Under the pieces are notes generated by a model. It worked only from the letters and a program-made list of their open reading frames with translations. It was not told the origin of the DNA and did not search any database. From the NCBI RefSeq assembly GCF_037042905.1, contig NC_087251.1, forward strand, positions 17,050,001 to 17,114,000: DNA of 64,000 nt, given 5' to 3'. Below are positions 17,751 to 30,426 of the stretch, piece after piece (positions within the stretch are counted from its first letter, which is position 1; each line of letters starts with the position of its first letter). A program made the position numbers and the translations under genes. This stretch comes from Lytechinus pictus (lineage: Eukaryota).

Positions 17751-17897
17751 TGAATGTTTTCACCATTTCAGAACATTAGTGTCTCGAGCAGAGGAGCATT
17801 TCATCAACATATTTCATCAACATATTTCATCCGACAAGTTGTCAGATCTACCGACTTTCCTTGGATTTGATTTTGATTGGATGAGATGCATTGAGAT

Positions 17898-18107
17898 GCG
17901 TAATTTCCTTCAGCAAGAAACTGATCCACAGTGTGCTGCACTCAACCCAGGTGAGGTAAATGGGTACCGGTAGGAAGTAATTCCTTAAAAAGCTGTGTGC
18001 GCTATGAACGCCTAGCTTAGCCGGGTAATATAGGAGCGCCTTGAGCACCTAACAAGGTGGATATGTGCGCAATATAAATACCCTATATTATTATTATTAT
18101 TATTATT
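17898..18107 (+). mobile_element. 5'-truncated SINE with (ATT)n tail, apparently inserted into a MITE (17793-18183)
   Basis: Core shared with 11251-11493; tail GGAGCGCCTTGAGCACC..GTGCGCAATATAAATACCCTA(TTA)n. Host arms are GGAGCATTTCAT (17793) and ATGAAACGCTCC (~18182). Confidence 0.75.
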
Positions 18108-19174
18108 GTTACTATGGTAACTGTCGGATAAAACAGAACTTGTCGGGGAAATCATCCGACAAGTCCTTTAATGAAACGCTCCCAGAACGTACCTTTATGT
18201 AGTAATCATTGTTTTTTTTTTTTTGGGGGGGGCGAATGACAGAACAATTATTCAGAATTATCTTGCAAAAAGACCATCTGACTACTAGCATATGCATATA
18301 CTCTAGTTTCGTTTTCTTTTAGGTTTTGTTTTATTCACTTCTTTCATCTTTAATAATAACGGACAAAATTTACTTTCAGTGTACGAACCTGACAAATATG
18401 TTGTTTACATTTAATAAGTATGATTGATATTTGAAATTTTATGTAATATTGTAATAAACATAGTAATGGACAAATTAATGTAACCTCGTATTTATCTTTA
18501 TTTATTTCAATATGAGCGTGAGGATCATAGGTAAAACGAATGTGGATTTATAAAAAAAAAACATAAGAGGGCGAAAAGTTAGACCTAAGGGGTTGTAAGG
18601 GGGGCTGGAGACAAGCCCTTGCTTGAAGTGATGGAAACATGAATTTGCATTAACGTACAACATGTGCCATTTTTACATAAACATGGTAAATAAACCAATC
18701 TCTGTTTGATTAGACTCGATAGGCTCGTTGTCCAAACATGAATTATTAATGAATGGGATCTGTTTCTAAAAGAATACACATTATTCAAATACGAAGTCTT
18801 ATAGGTTCAAATCTAATAGAAATTACAGTCTTTACCTCATATTCTTAATGAAAATAAGAGTTTCTAAATTTTGGCACACTATGGCACACTATGTTGGGTT
18901 TCCATTCAACACTGACTCCTTGCCAAACTGCCAAAGGACGGGAGGCAGCCGTGGGATTCGAAAACACAACCTTTTGATTACAAGACAGACGGTAGTCATC
19001 ACCATTTCACCGCGACGCTTCCACTTATGTGAGGTTTTATGCACTGAAAAGCATTGCTTGTATAATGTGGATACCCCCACTACCGAAAGGGAACAAAAAT
19101 AGTATAACATATTATATTTAAAAAAAAACTTCATAATTTAAATAGGTGTGTTTAACATGAATAATGCACTAAAA

Positions 19175-22100
19175 TTAAATACTTAAAATGTAGGACGCGA
19201 GAACAATGAGACACGTGAAGGCAAGACCGTATGACGTCACAGGATGGGCATTGTTCCCGTCGTCGCTACTTTTGACGAAGCCATTGTTCTTGATGATTTC
19301 CGATATGACGCTAACAGATACTTTTGGTATTCGGGTTCGCTCGGGGACGGTGAAGTCGACAAAATGGAGACCAAATCGTTCGTTGTATCCAGCTGCCCAT
19401 TCGAAATTATCCATTAATGACCATGCGGTGTACCCTTTGACATTTGAACCATCCAGAACAATAGCTGAATGTAGGAATGAAACGAAAATTTATGAGTTGT
19501 TTGGAGACAGTTTTAGGAAATTAGGAAAAAAAATAAACTAAAAATATAAAGGGGGCGTGTGTGAGAAAGGGAGAAGAAGAGAAAGAGATAGAGGAGAAAA
19601 GGAGATATATCAGGGAATATAAAAATAGAGAGTAGTAGCGAAAGTTATAAACAACAACACAAACAAATAGTGCATTATAAACTTCATGATAGACCTAAGT
19701 CTAAATTTGAATTGTTGCATGGTAAGCGCCTACAGTATAGGCCCGTGCGATGATTTCAAGAGCACGACTTAATTTCTGGTGAAACTGTCAAAATGAGTAT
19801 TGTCAACTATCTTCTCATGCAGATCTGCTTTTATCAAATGAAATTTTTTCAATTATTCAATAGTTTTTGTCAGTTACTAGTGAAAATAATGAACCTCTGG
19901 ATTTCCTTTACGGAAACTATAAATTATCCATATCACTAACAAGATCTGTCATAGCGCAAAAAATATCTGAATATATGTGGATTTTATGTATGTCCAATAG
20001 CATTCCATACTATCAGTTTTTGTAATGTATGACAACCATCCACCTCTATAACATGTATAATGACAACCGAGTGGCTTTTATTTATTCATTAAATTTGATC
20101 TTTTTTTTCCCCATATTTTTAACATATATTGTTTATTCAATCTATATTTTATGTCCATATCATTTGTGAATTTCAATAATTTGATTGTTACATTTTACCA
20201 GCACTGTGTAAAATATACAATTCAGTCATAGTTTCGTACGATTACCCCATGATCCTTACCTTTTAAAACCTCATTGATGTATGCTCGGTAATATTTCTGT
20301 CTAATGACGTCGTTAATCTCATACTTGTCTCCTGTCGAGACGCCATTCTCTGTGACGTAGATAGGTACATTATATTCATCATCAATCCACTTAATGAGCC
20401 TGCGGATACCCCATGGAACTATCCTCAACCAGCTAGACCCAGAGCCAGGCCAGAAACCTTCTTGCCAAGTAATGATGTCAGAATCTTTCCAGTAGCTGGG
20501 AGGGTTAGATAGGTCTTCTACGTTAGCCACTACTTGGTTGGTCGTGTAGGTATTGATGCCAAAGAAGTCACCAGTGCCTTTGATGTAGTCAATCTCCTCT
20601 TGAGTGAATGCAGGTAATCGGGATTCATTCAATCCCTGGGCAGCGCTCTTCTTGGCGATCTTGGTCTTCATAATCTCAGGGTAGTCACCTTTGAAGATTG
20701 GATGGGCAAACCAACCAAGGTTGAACTGAAGAGCTCGATCGGATGCATCAAGACTGGTCTGGTTATTCCTGTCCCATGGCTCTGACCAATCAGAGTTCAA
20801 CGTGATACCTACTTGTCCATTCTGCAAAGTAAAGAACATGATAGAGCGATGGTGTGTGTGTTTAGTTTCAATTAATGATCATACTTGTCACTGGACCCCA
20901 AATTATTTTTACTTTAGCTCCTTAGCTGTAAAAACTGCACATAGCCTATACTGAATACAAATTAAGAAATCTAACACACGTATAGCCTGATCTTTTGCAG
21001 CATAACACAGTAAATTAGAAACGGATTAGTGGTTGTAATTATTAATAACTTCTTTCAAGGAAAGAACGAATCTCAATAGTAAGCAACCAGTGGGCAGACA
21101 ACTATTGGTCCTTATGCCACTTGGTAAGGATGGTGAATTGATTGGGCATGAGTTCGCGCACTTTCGTCTTTACGAACCCGGGCCGACGGGAAAGGGGAAA
21201 TTTCAATCTGCCTATAAAATGTGGGGGGGGGGGGAAATGTCCCTAAGTTTAACCATATAATTGGATGAAAGTGTAAGAATTTATGTGCTTCCTTGTTTGA
21301 CAAAATAATGATGAAGTTCTTTATTTACTACCTGTTAATATGTAAATACCTGGAAAGGTTTGTAGATGTCGTTGTAGGCATGGTAAGCTGCAGCATGGGA
21401 CTTGATGATGTTATGAGTGACTCTGTACGGAGTGTATGCGATCTCTGAAAGTCCTGGGGCAAATGCTCCTGTACCATACCCAAACAGAGACACAATCCAA
21501 GGTTCATTGAATGTGATCCACAGAGGGACTCGATCCCCGAATCTTTGAAAGCAGAGCTCGGCATAGTTCTTGAAGTGTTGCACGATGCCAGGGTTGTCCC
21601 AACCACCGACGTCTTGCAGAGCTTGCGGAAGGTCCCAGTGGTAGAGGGTGATCATTGGCTTGATACCATTCATAGCCAACTCGTCGATCAGGTTCTGATA
21701 ATAGTTTATACCTGCCTCATTGATGTTGTTGATGGTGCCTTGAGGAAGGATTCGAGACCAAGCAATTGAAAACCGGTAATATTTCAAACCCATGGCAGCC
21801 ATTAAAGCAACATCTTCCTTGTAGCTGGAGTGAAGAAAAAAAAGTAGGACCAATACTGGCATGATCTTATTTGGAAAAAAAAAAACCGTATTAACCTGGG
21901 TGCTATCTTTGAAAAAAATATGATAGATTTAAATTGAACTTAAATTAAGGTTTATTTCAGGTCATATTTAGTAAGTAGACAATTTAAGATCAATCTCAGT
22001 TTAAGTTTGTTTTTAATATATCGCAACTGCTAAGACTGGTCTTCTGTATTCCTCTCTTTTTTATTCTAAAACGCGTTTTATTATATGACATGTATGAGTT

Positions 22101-22660
22101 GTTATCATCAAACCAAAAATTTCAAATTCTAAACATAAATCAAATAGCGGTCTAAGGTTTCCATTCCCCAAAAAGTATACTGATGAAACTGTTACATTAA
22201 AAATACAATCATGCCAAAGACATTATTCATTCTTAAATCTAAAGTATTCGGAGCTCACCAACACTTTGACATTTATATGTTGAGTAGGCCACGGATTCTG
22301 TCATCCGGAAAAGTGCATCTTATTATTAAGATAACAATAATTAAAGGTAACCATCACTTACTTGTTGTAACTGTCACAAGCTATATCGCCATTATCATTG
22401 TGATTAACATGCCCTCCTTCGTGAGTAAAGTTATCCCAGATGCTTTCTCCCTTTCCATTGGCATTCCAACCTCCTTCAATCTGGTAGGCGGATGTTGCCG
22501 AACTGAATATGAAATCATCCGGAAAGGTGCCGTAAAGAAAGGCATCTCGGTTTGGATCATTCCAGTCGTTAGGGTACACAAACTCGGGATCATCTCCCAT
22601 GGTAGTACACAGGCAACCGAGGACCATCGCGACGATGGCCAGTAATTTCAGAACAGCCAT
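19175..22660 (-). CDS. GH1-2: LPH-like beta-glucosidase with signal peptide and GPI-like hydrophobic C-terminus, 541 aa
   Basis: Exons 22660-22362, 21824-21350, 20821-20260, 19464-19175 (1626 nt). Signal peptide [22 protein letters not shown]; WITFNEP and YVTENG intact; ends [31 protein letters not shown]. Confidence 0.93.
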
Positions 22661-24596
22661 TTTGAGATAGAACTTAATTTTACGTCCGCATATGGCAAGA
22701 AAGACACTAGATGTCTTCTCGTAGATGAAGCAGCTTGTATTGATGCTCAAATTCTGATGGGGGTTATTATGTCATTTGAGTTTGGTTGTGTAATTGACTA
22801 TCGGTCTATTTGAATATACTTCTTATCAACTGGCCTAACAAACACAACATTGTTGATAGTGTACCGTGAAAAAACTAGAGTAGTTATGAAACGTTGCTTA
22901 TTTTCGTTCCCATTTGTATCACTATTCCTAAAAGTTTTTCTTCCATTAATATAAATAATAAACAGAAGCAGATTATTGATAAGGTTGCAGTGAGAGAAAA
23001 AAACATATAAATTTGAGATTCATTTTCAGCATTATCAAATGATAAATAGGCTTTAACCTTGATTAGGTTGGGGTTTTCCCCACCCCCTTTCACCTCAGGT
23101 CTCGGCCATTGGGCTGGACGATTATGCCGAAAGTCGGCGCTCATGTCGACGAGACATAATACACAAAGTTGACTTCTAAATATTATGTTCATAGTATTAT
23201 CATTAATTAATATCAAATTCTACCAATTAATACATAAGTTAGATTTTTCGCTAGTCATTTCTTAAAAAATGTTGAGTCTAATGTGATACGTGATAACAGG
23301 GAGTTTTCTCCCCGCGACGCATGACGGATTAAAGAACACTGTAAATGTATTAAAAAGGCCCGTCAAATGACAATGAACAGCTGGGTCGTTTTGTCGAAAA
23401 TTAGTGTACCAGAACAGCAGTTTCGTCCTAACGTTTGGAGCTTACGAATAATTGCAAATGTGTTGTTTGTTCAGAGTCCAGGAGGAAATTGGTGTTTCGA
23501 TTCACCATTTTTCGACAAAGACTTCTTGGTTGATCTTAGTCATAAAGGGCATTTGACAATACATTTTGTGTGTTCTTGAATTCGTCGTGCGTCGTGAAGT
23601 GAAAACTCCTAATTGATTATTACGATCAAGCTTTGAAAGGCCAATGGATGTGGATAAAACGTATTCTCGTAACTTGTTACATTTGAAGGGTTGTCGTCAC
23701 GATTGCCACTGTATAGTTATTGATGATGTTAGTTTTATATCGGAGATAAAATCAGCCCAAGAATCATTCGGAAGCCATATTTCTCATTTCGCATATTCCC
23801 AGACAACATGTTTCAGACGAGGCACGGGGTTTTCTTTTGGTACGACGAATAATTTATATGGCGTACTTTTGTGTCGGGGCGCTGTTACATCAATACGGTA
23901 CATTGTTGCAATGTACTTATATCGGACATTCTGAAAGATCTTAGCGTCTGAATGATTAAGAAGGAATTTAGCCACTGGCCCCACGATTTTATTTTACTCT
24001 GCTATATTTGTGATAAATATTTATGGTTTGCTATGCTTGTGCAAGCCTCTATATTTCATAACTTTGCAGTAGATGACGAATTCCTGTGTTTTTAACAGAA
24101 TATTGATATCTTAAAACATGAGATATCGCGATTGGTTGGTTCATCACGAAAGCGGTGATTATCCTGCGTGCAACCGGTTAAACAATATAAACATGGACTG
24201 TAAACTTCTGCAATGCATTGATTCAGATAACATTGTTTACCTGAAGGGGGCGTTTCCCTAAATATGACTGAGGGGTGATAGATATAACCACAGAGGTGGT
24301 ATGTTTTTCATGTGGAAAGGTAAATGCAAGAAACCTATTTCATTCTATAAATCGGTTAAAATATCTACCTGTCTTAATATTTTGTTGTTGTTTTTTCTTT
24401 CTTCTGTTTGTCCTCTCTATATTCCTATATACACTCGGAGTGCCTTTCACAATGCTATGTAACTGTTATTACGTTGTGAATAATTTTGTAAGATATGCTA
24501 TTCATTTCTTTTATTTTTCTAATGCAGGATCATTATTACAGCGTGTGAGTTGATCGATGATCTATCCCGTTAAAAGTGTTTCGATGCACAGCATTA

Positions 24597-24796
24597 CACT
24601 CTTAAAATATTGGGCAACATACTGTCCACACAACAATTATTGGTTTCAAAAAGATTATCCAATTCTGGGTAGTTTTCAACCAATACTGTGTAGTTTTCAC
24701 CCAAAGCACACGTTATTAGTTTAAACCTACCCAGAATATAATAAACTTTTAGCAATTGTTGTGTGGACAGTATTTTGCCCAACAATTATAAGAGTG
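24597..24796. mobile_element. MITE with CACTCT termini and TA flanks
   Basis: CACTCTTAAAATATTGGGCAACATACTGTCCACACAACAATT at the left end and its near-perfect reverse complement ending AAGAGTG, with TA on both sides. Confidence 0.8.
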
Positions 24797-25144
24797 TAAG
24801 CTTTCAAAAATAATAGGAGGCCTATTTCGAGGTTCCCTTTCAAAATATACTCATGCTTCCAAACACGTGATTTTGATTTTTTTTTTTGGTAATTGGTGCA
24901 AATAAAATGGTTATCGTTATGTTTGTGGATTACTCAAATCATTATCTGTTTTTTTATTCGAATGGTTCAAAGATTACGTTATTGGTTACGAAAACACCTT
25001 AGCAATCAGGGCATAAGGGAGTTTTGATGGAGTAGATCACTGGCGTAAATCCGTGTTGATGGGTGGGGGATGACTGAAATATTTTGGCTTTTTTTTTTTT
25101 GCAATTTTTTTTAGATATGCAAGGAATTGTCATTGATATGTCCA

Positions 25145-26114
25145 CATTGGCGTACCGTGGGTCACGGCATGGGGGGGGGGGCACCAGCAAAATGTTTGAA
25201 TCACTGAGTGAGTGCGCTAGTGAGCGCGCGAAGTTGCCAGTTATACTGACCTAATAGAGACATTTTAAGGACAATGTCATTAAACGGATATGTATCTCAC
25301 TGATCAAATAATGCGAGCGCGAAGCGGGAGCTGAATTTTTTTTATATTCACACCTAAAAAGGGACATTATAATCAAATTTGTGTAATCATGATAGGTACC
25401 TGTCTCGCTAAACAATGCGAGCGCGAAGCGCGAGCTGAAAATTTAGATAATTCAGACCTGAAGTGGGGCATTCTAAGGTTTCTTTGTAGGAATTAACTAG
25501 GACCATACGTATTTCATTAACCAAATGATGCGAGCGCGAAGCGCGAGCTGAAAATTTTTGATATTCAGATCAGAAGAAGGGACATTTTAAGGACTGATTC
25601 TAGGAATTCATGAAAAGCAGACATATCTCACCAATCCACTAATGCGAACGTAATCACGGACAGGAAATGTTTTATATACATATATACGAAGACCTTAACA
25701 TGGGGCAATCACTTTTTGAGTCATGAAAAAGAAGCATATGTCACTACATAAAACAATGATAACTCATGTGCTAGGAAATATGTTTGGTTTATATTGACTT
25801 GAAAACGGGTTGTTTTAGTACAACAGGATTATATATCTCGTTAAACAGACAATGCGAGCACCAGGAACAATGAAGACGTAGGCCCTGGGCAAATTATGTT
25901 TCATAAAGTTATGATAAAAATGTTTCTTATGTAATGTAACATAACATAATTATAATATAATATAACATTACATAATGAATAATATTTTCTTCTTTCCCAC
26001 TACGTTTCTCTTCCTTTCTCCCTCATTTCTCCTTTTCCCCCTTTCCCCGTTTTTTTTTTGGTCAGCCGATGGGGGGGGGGTGTGCCCCCCATGCCCACCG
26101 TAGTTACGCCACTG
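25145..26114 (+). mobile_element. Non-autonomous DNA transposon (hAT-like termini) with internal ~110-bp tandem repeats
   Basis: Termini CATTGGCGTA / TACGCCACTG; same family as 13929-14905; several ATGCGAGCGCGAAGCGCGAGCTGAA units. No clear TSD seen. Confidence 0.75.
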
Positions 26115-27526
26115 TATATGGCAAATACCCCTCCAATATTTTTTTTTTTTTTTACCCCATGATGGTTTAATGGTTTTATTAGAGATTACATTCAAATTTT
26201 TTTGACATTCCATCTTATTCCCTTCCCAAAGACCCCAACATTGATGAATTGGAAGAAACGGGGGTTTCTCTTCAATGTTATAATACGGACATAAGTATTT
26301 CGTTTGGAAATGGTGAACTGGCTCTTTATTTGCATTTTATGATTCAATAATATTGTTTTATTTGTTAAGCGGTATTTTAGGAAGAATTTTCACCAATAAA
26401 ACAATTATCTCTTGCGATTTTTTTTTCATTTCTTTCGTAAAAAGTGGGGGGATGTTTGTACAGACCACCCCCCCCCCCCCTCCTCGAAAAGTGGGGGGAT
26501 ATATCCCTCCATCCCCCCCCCCCCCGGGGATTTACGCCAGTGGAGTAGATAATTGAGAAAAGCTAATTATGCTCGATATATCTCATCTTTCTCTTGAGCT
26601 TCATCCCCTAATACTTTAGAATCAACATTATATTGAAATCAAATAACATCTCCTACTAAGGTTAAGATCAATTATTTACACAGCTAGCTATGAATACTAA
26701 GTAATTGACATTTTGGTATATTACCAACTACTAGTATGCTAACATAACTCCGTCTGCTGGTATTTCGTCAATGAACTGTTCATCAAGTGACCAAAATATG
26801 GGTAAGTAATATTATCATGTTGAACTCAGTTTCGCCCAATAACTACTATGTGTATAACCATTTCGTCCAAACAGTCCTAATTGCACAAATGAATCCAAAA
26901 TCATAGACGGAACGGCACGATGGAAAAAGAGTGAGCATTGAGTGGATAATGACTATTGTACGACTTGTAAAACTATTGGATTGGATGGCCTAGGGTTATT
27001 CAACTTTATCATATGGAATTCATAATCGTTAGACAATGTTTCTAGAAACCAATTCGACCTCTTCCTTCCTCACTTTCTCTATATCCAGCACAATCTCTTT
27101 AATATTTAGCTCTCTCTCCTCCTCCTCCTTATCTCTCTCACACACTCTCACTCTGTCACTCTTTGTATCTTAACAAGTATGGTTGTGACTAGACTTGGAC
27201 TATATCTTAAACGTTATAGAATGCACACATACAAAAGCATAATATTTCTAAGTTGTATGTTCAAATTCAATTCTTTGCGAGAATCAAGTGAAAATTAAAC
27301 TTATATGTTGTTCTAAAACAGATTGATGCTTATTAACAGTCATCTCCAGTGTATTTTAGGCCGAAACACACAATGTCAATCACAATAGATTTACATTAAA
27401 AAACGGGGCCTTATTTTAAAGGAGACAAAAATATTCTATATTGACTTGACTTAATGCCGTCACCTTCGAGCTGCTCTTCATAAACCCTCGATGTACCTAT
27501 AATCTAATCACAGTATGATAGGTCCT

Positions 27527-27600
27527 TCATATGCAACACAATCCGATAGTCATTACCCATAGTGTGAAAACAGTCTGGGCTGTAGCTCGATATTGGGTAT
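27527..27600 (-). other. Exon-like paralog of the GH1-3 terminal (anchor) exon; encodes DTQYRATAQTVFTLWVMTIGLCCI*
   Basis: Acceptor TTCTCTCTCTCCATCGTCTGAATCAG|AT has the same phase as, and similar sequence to, the 30626 acceptor. The peptide aligns with [17 protein letters not shown]. Could be a relic or an alternative last exon. Confidence 0.45.
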
Positions 27601-28276
27601 CTGATTCAGACGATGGAGAGAGAGAATCATTTTATTATATTCACATTAACTTTTCAAGTGTTCGGTTGTCAAATGAGATTTGGTAGCAGCAGAGATTAGA
27701 ATTCGTTTATTTTATTAAGTGTTATCTAAAGTAGATGTAGAAATAGGAAAGATATTGCTTTCATCGTTTTGGGATAAGACATTGATATGTATGTCGATGT
27801 ATGTATTAATTAATATCATACACTCCTATACAGTATGTTATTATTGCATTGTTATATTAATAGCTCATATTTTGTAAATCGGTCGCCCTTAGTAAAATTA
27901 TATTTTACTTTTTGGCTGCCACCACTCAGTATTTCAGGCGTATACATCGATGTGTAATACATGTATTTTAACTTTGCATCATGTTTCTTATGTATGGTTT
28001 ACTAAGAAAATAAAACATTTTGAATTTAAATATACATAACATATGCGATATTAATATTAGTAATCCGGTTATGTCACCCCTCCCCCCCCCCCCCCACACG
28101 CGCACACATACTATTACGTATCATTGATACTTGGGAATATGTCATACATTTGAAGGCAAGTGAATGCAGCAAAAAGAAGAAGCAAGTGCTTGCTCGTATT
28201 TTGGTCCCTATCTCTGTACATAAGTTTCATTTTTTGGAGTGGGGTTGAACTTTTCACGAAGAGGTACCAACAATAT

Positions 28277-28420
28277 CCAGGTGTAGTGATTTGTTTGTCT
28301 TTGATAGAGCCAGTTTTGGATATGATCTCTGCGACTTCACAGGCTGATCGTTTGGCTTATCGGGGTCGGGCAGGATCTGGGAAGTTAACGTACGTAGTGG
28401 AGTCCGAAACGTTGTAACCC
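28277..28420 (-). pseudogene. Decayed copy of GH1 exon 4 (3' half), closest to GH1-3
   Basis: Minus strand reads GGTTAC-AACGTTTCGGACTCCACTACGTACGTTAACTTCCCAGATCCTGCCCGACCCCGATAAGCCAAACGA..GCAGAGATCATATCCAA and aligns to 34140-34000. It carries a 4-nt deletion, a 4-nt duplication and a GAA>TAA stop. Confidence 0.85.
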
Positions 28421-29084
28421 ATGCTCATTATGTCAACTCAAGTTAAAATATCTTTGAAACCTTAATCTCTGATATATTTCATATATGTGTATCTGAATTT
28501 CATTTTCATATAGTAGAATATCTTCAGTTCACCATATCTAGCAAAGTATTATCTCAGATAGTACATTTACACATATTGAAGCTTTGGGGGAATTTGTGCT
28601 TATAGAACAGGGAGGGTGCTGAGAAACAAGTGAAAACTTAATCTTGGTTTGTTTCTAATGACTTCTCAATAAACTACATGTATAATTTTATAATTAAAAT
28701 CAATTACATACTTTCGTCTTGTAATTATTTTGTGCGTTTGTATATACTGTATTTTAAGTACAGATATTTTGAATGAGAAAATTGTTTCTGATTGATTATA
28801 CTATACATTTGCACATGTGCCGGAATCGGACATGCCGGACTCGGTCTTGGACTGACTGGATTCGGACACATAACTGTGTCGTTGTTGTATTTTTTTGTCA
28901 AATGATACACGCACATTTTATCCCCTGAACAAGTGCAACCCAAGAAAATATGTTCCTCAAAATGTAATTCTTAAATCGCGCAAAATCTTTGACTATAAAT
29001 AAGAGATAATATACCATGAACCTACCAATTTCCTTCGCAAATTTTGCAGTTTTTTTTTCTAAAACACACACACACATATATATA

Positions 29085-29893
29085 CAGTGCGTCCCAGAAA
29101 AAACGATACCGAGTTTAAGCGATGATTTATCATAACTCAATCACAAATACAATAGACAAATGACCTACCAATGTAAAGCTTATAATCTGCTCTTTCATCT
29201 GATATTACCTACATTATTCCCCATTCACGCATGAGTGAGCAAAAACAATTTGAAGAAAGGATACCAAAAAATCATTTGGCGGGGGGTTTCTGAATTTCAA
29301 AAAGAAAATCACATGCCTAAAAAGTTCAATATCTGCTCTTTCATTTGATACCTTAATCACAAGAAATGGTCAAGAAGTAAAAAAGTTATGTTCCCTCGAA
29401 ACAATGCTTGTATTTCTATAATTTCATTAAATAAACGGTGACCCACAGAAACTATCGCATGGTTAACAAAAGACTTAATGCAAGGCTGATCGTCAACAAA
29501 ACGGAGTGTCAAGTGAGTTTGAACGCTAGCCTGTAGAACCTCTTAATTTTATGAAATTATTGAAATTTAAACCTTATTTCAAATAACCAGAACTTTGTTA
29601 TTTCTTGACCATTTTCTGTAATTGAGGTATCAAATTAAAGAGCAGATATTGGACTTTTCAAAAATGTGGTTTTCTTTTTTAAACCCAGATACAGCCCGTC
29701 AAATGACTTTTTGGTATCCACTCTTCAAATTGTTTTTGCTAACTCATGCGTGAATGAGAAATAATCTTAGTAGTTTCAGATGAAATAGGAGATTCTAAAC
29801 TTTACAATGGTAGGTCATTTGTCTATTGTATTTGTGATTAAGTTATGATAAATCATCGATAAATCTCGGTTTCGTTTTTTGTAGGACGCACTG
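29085..29893. mobile_element. Tc1/mariner-type palindromic MITE, ~810 bp
   Basis: TA|CAGTGCGTCCCAGAAAAAACGA ... CGTTTTTTGTAGGACGCACTG|TA; inverted similarity extends for more than 300 bp. Confidence 0.85.
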
Positions 29894-30426
29894 TATATTC
29901 TGAACGCTCATGTGCTTATCGATTTGGTTGTAATTTTCTCACCCCTCCCCCCCCCCCCGTCTTTCTCTCTCTCAACCACTCTCTTATTCCACTATCTCTT
30001 TCTCATTATTAGAATGAATAAAATGACTTCAAATTGGTTATTTACTTTTTTATTCAAAAAAATGTATCAATCCTACCTTTCATTATTCTACAAGATGAAA
30101 TTTTAACTACACTGTTCCGTTGCTTTTTTAATTGTGGGTAATCATAAAGTATTATTCATCATTTTCATAAAGATAATTGATGATGAAAAATATGTATTCG
30201 TGTTTTGGCTTTTTTTAACCAGATGTTGTAACAAACAAAAAAATCAACGGCATACGAGTTGGATGGTTATAGAACGAATATATATTTGTTGTATTTTCAG
30301 AATTTACAAACTCGCTAGTCATCCATGTGCCCAGTTGTTGTTTTAACATAATATGTATGAAAAAAAATTATGTTATTAAATTCTAAATTTGAGGATTGTT
30401 CTGATGATCGGTATGGAATGATGTCG

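Noticed and set aside
19206-22645. Antisense and alternate-frame ORFs overlapping GH1 exons (also at 34653, 35179, 40358, 42260, 52729, 53537)
   Set aside because: Shadows of the true coding frames.
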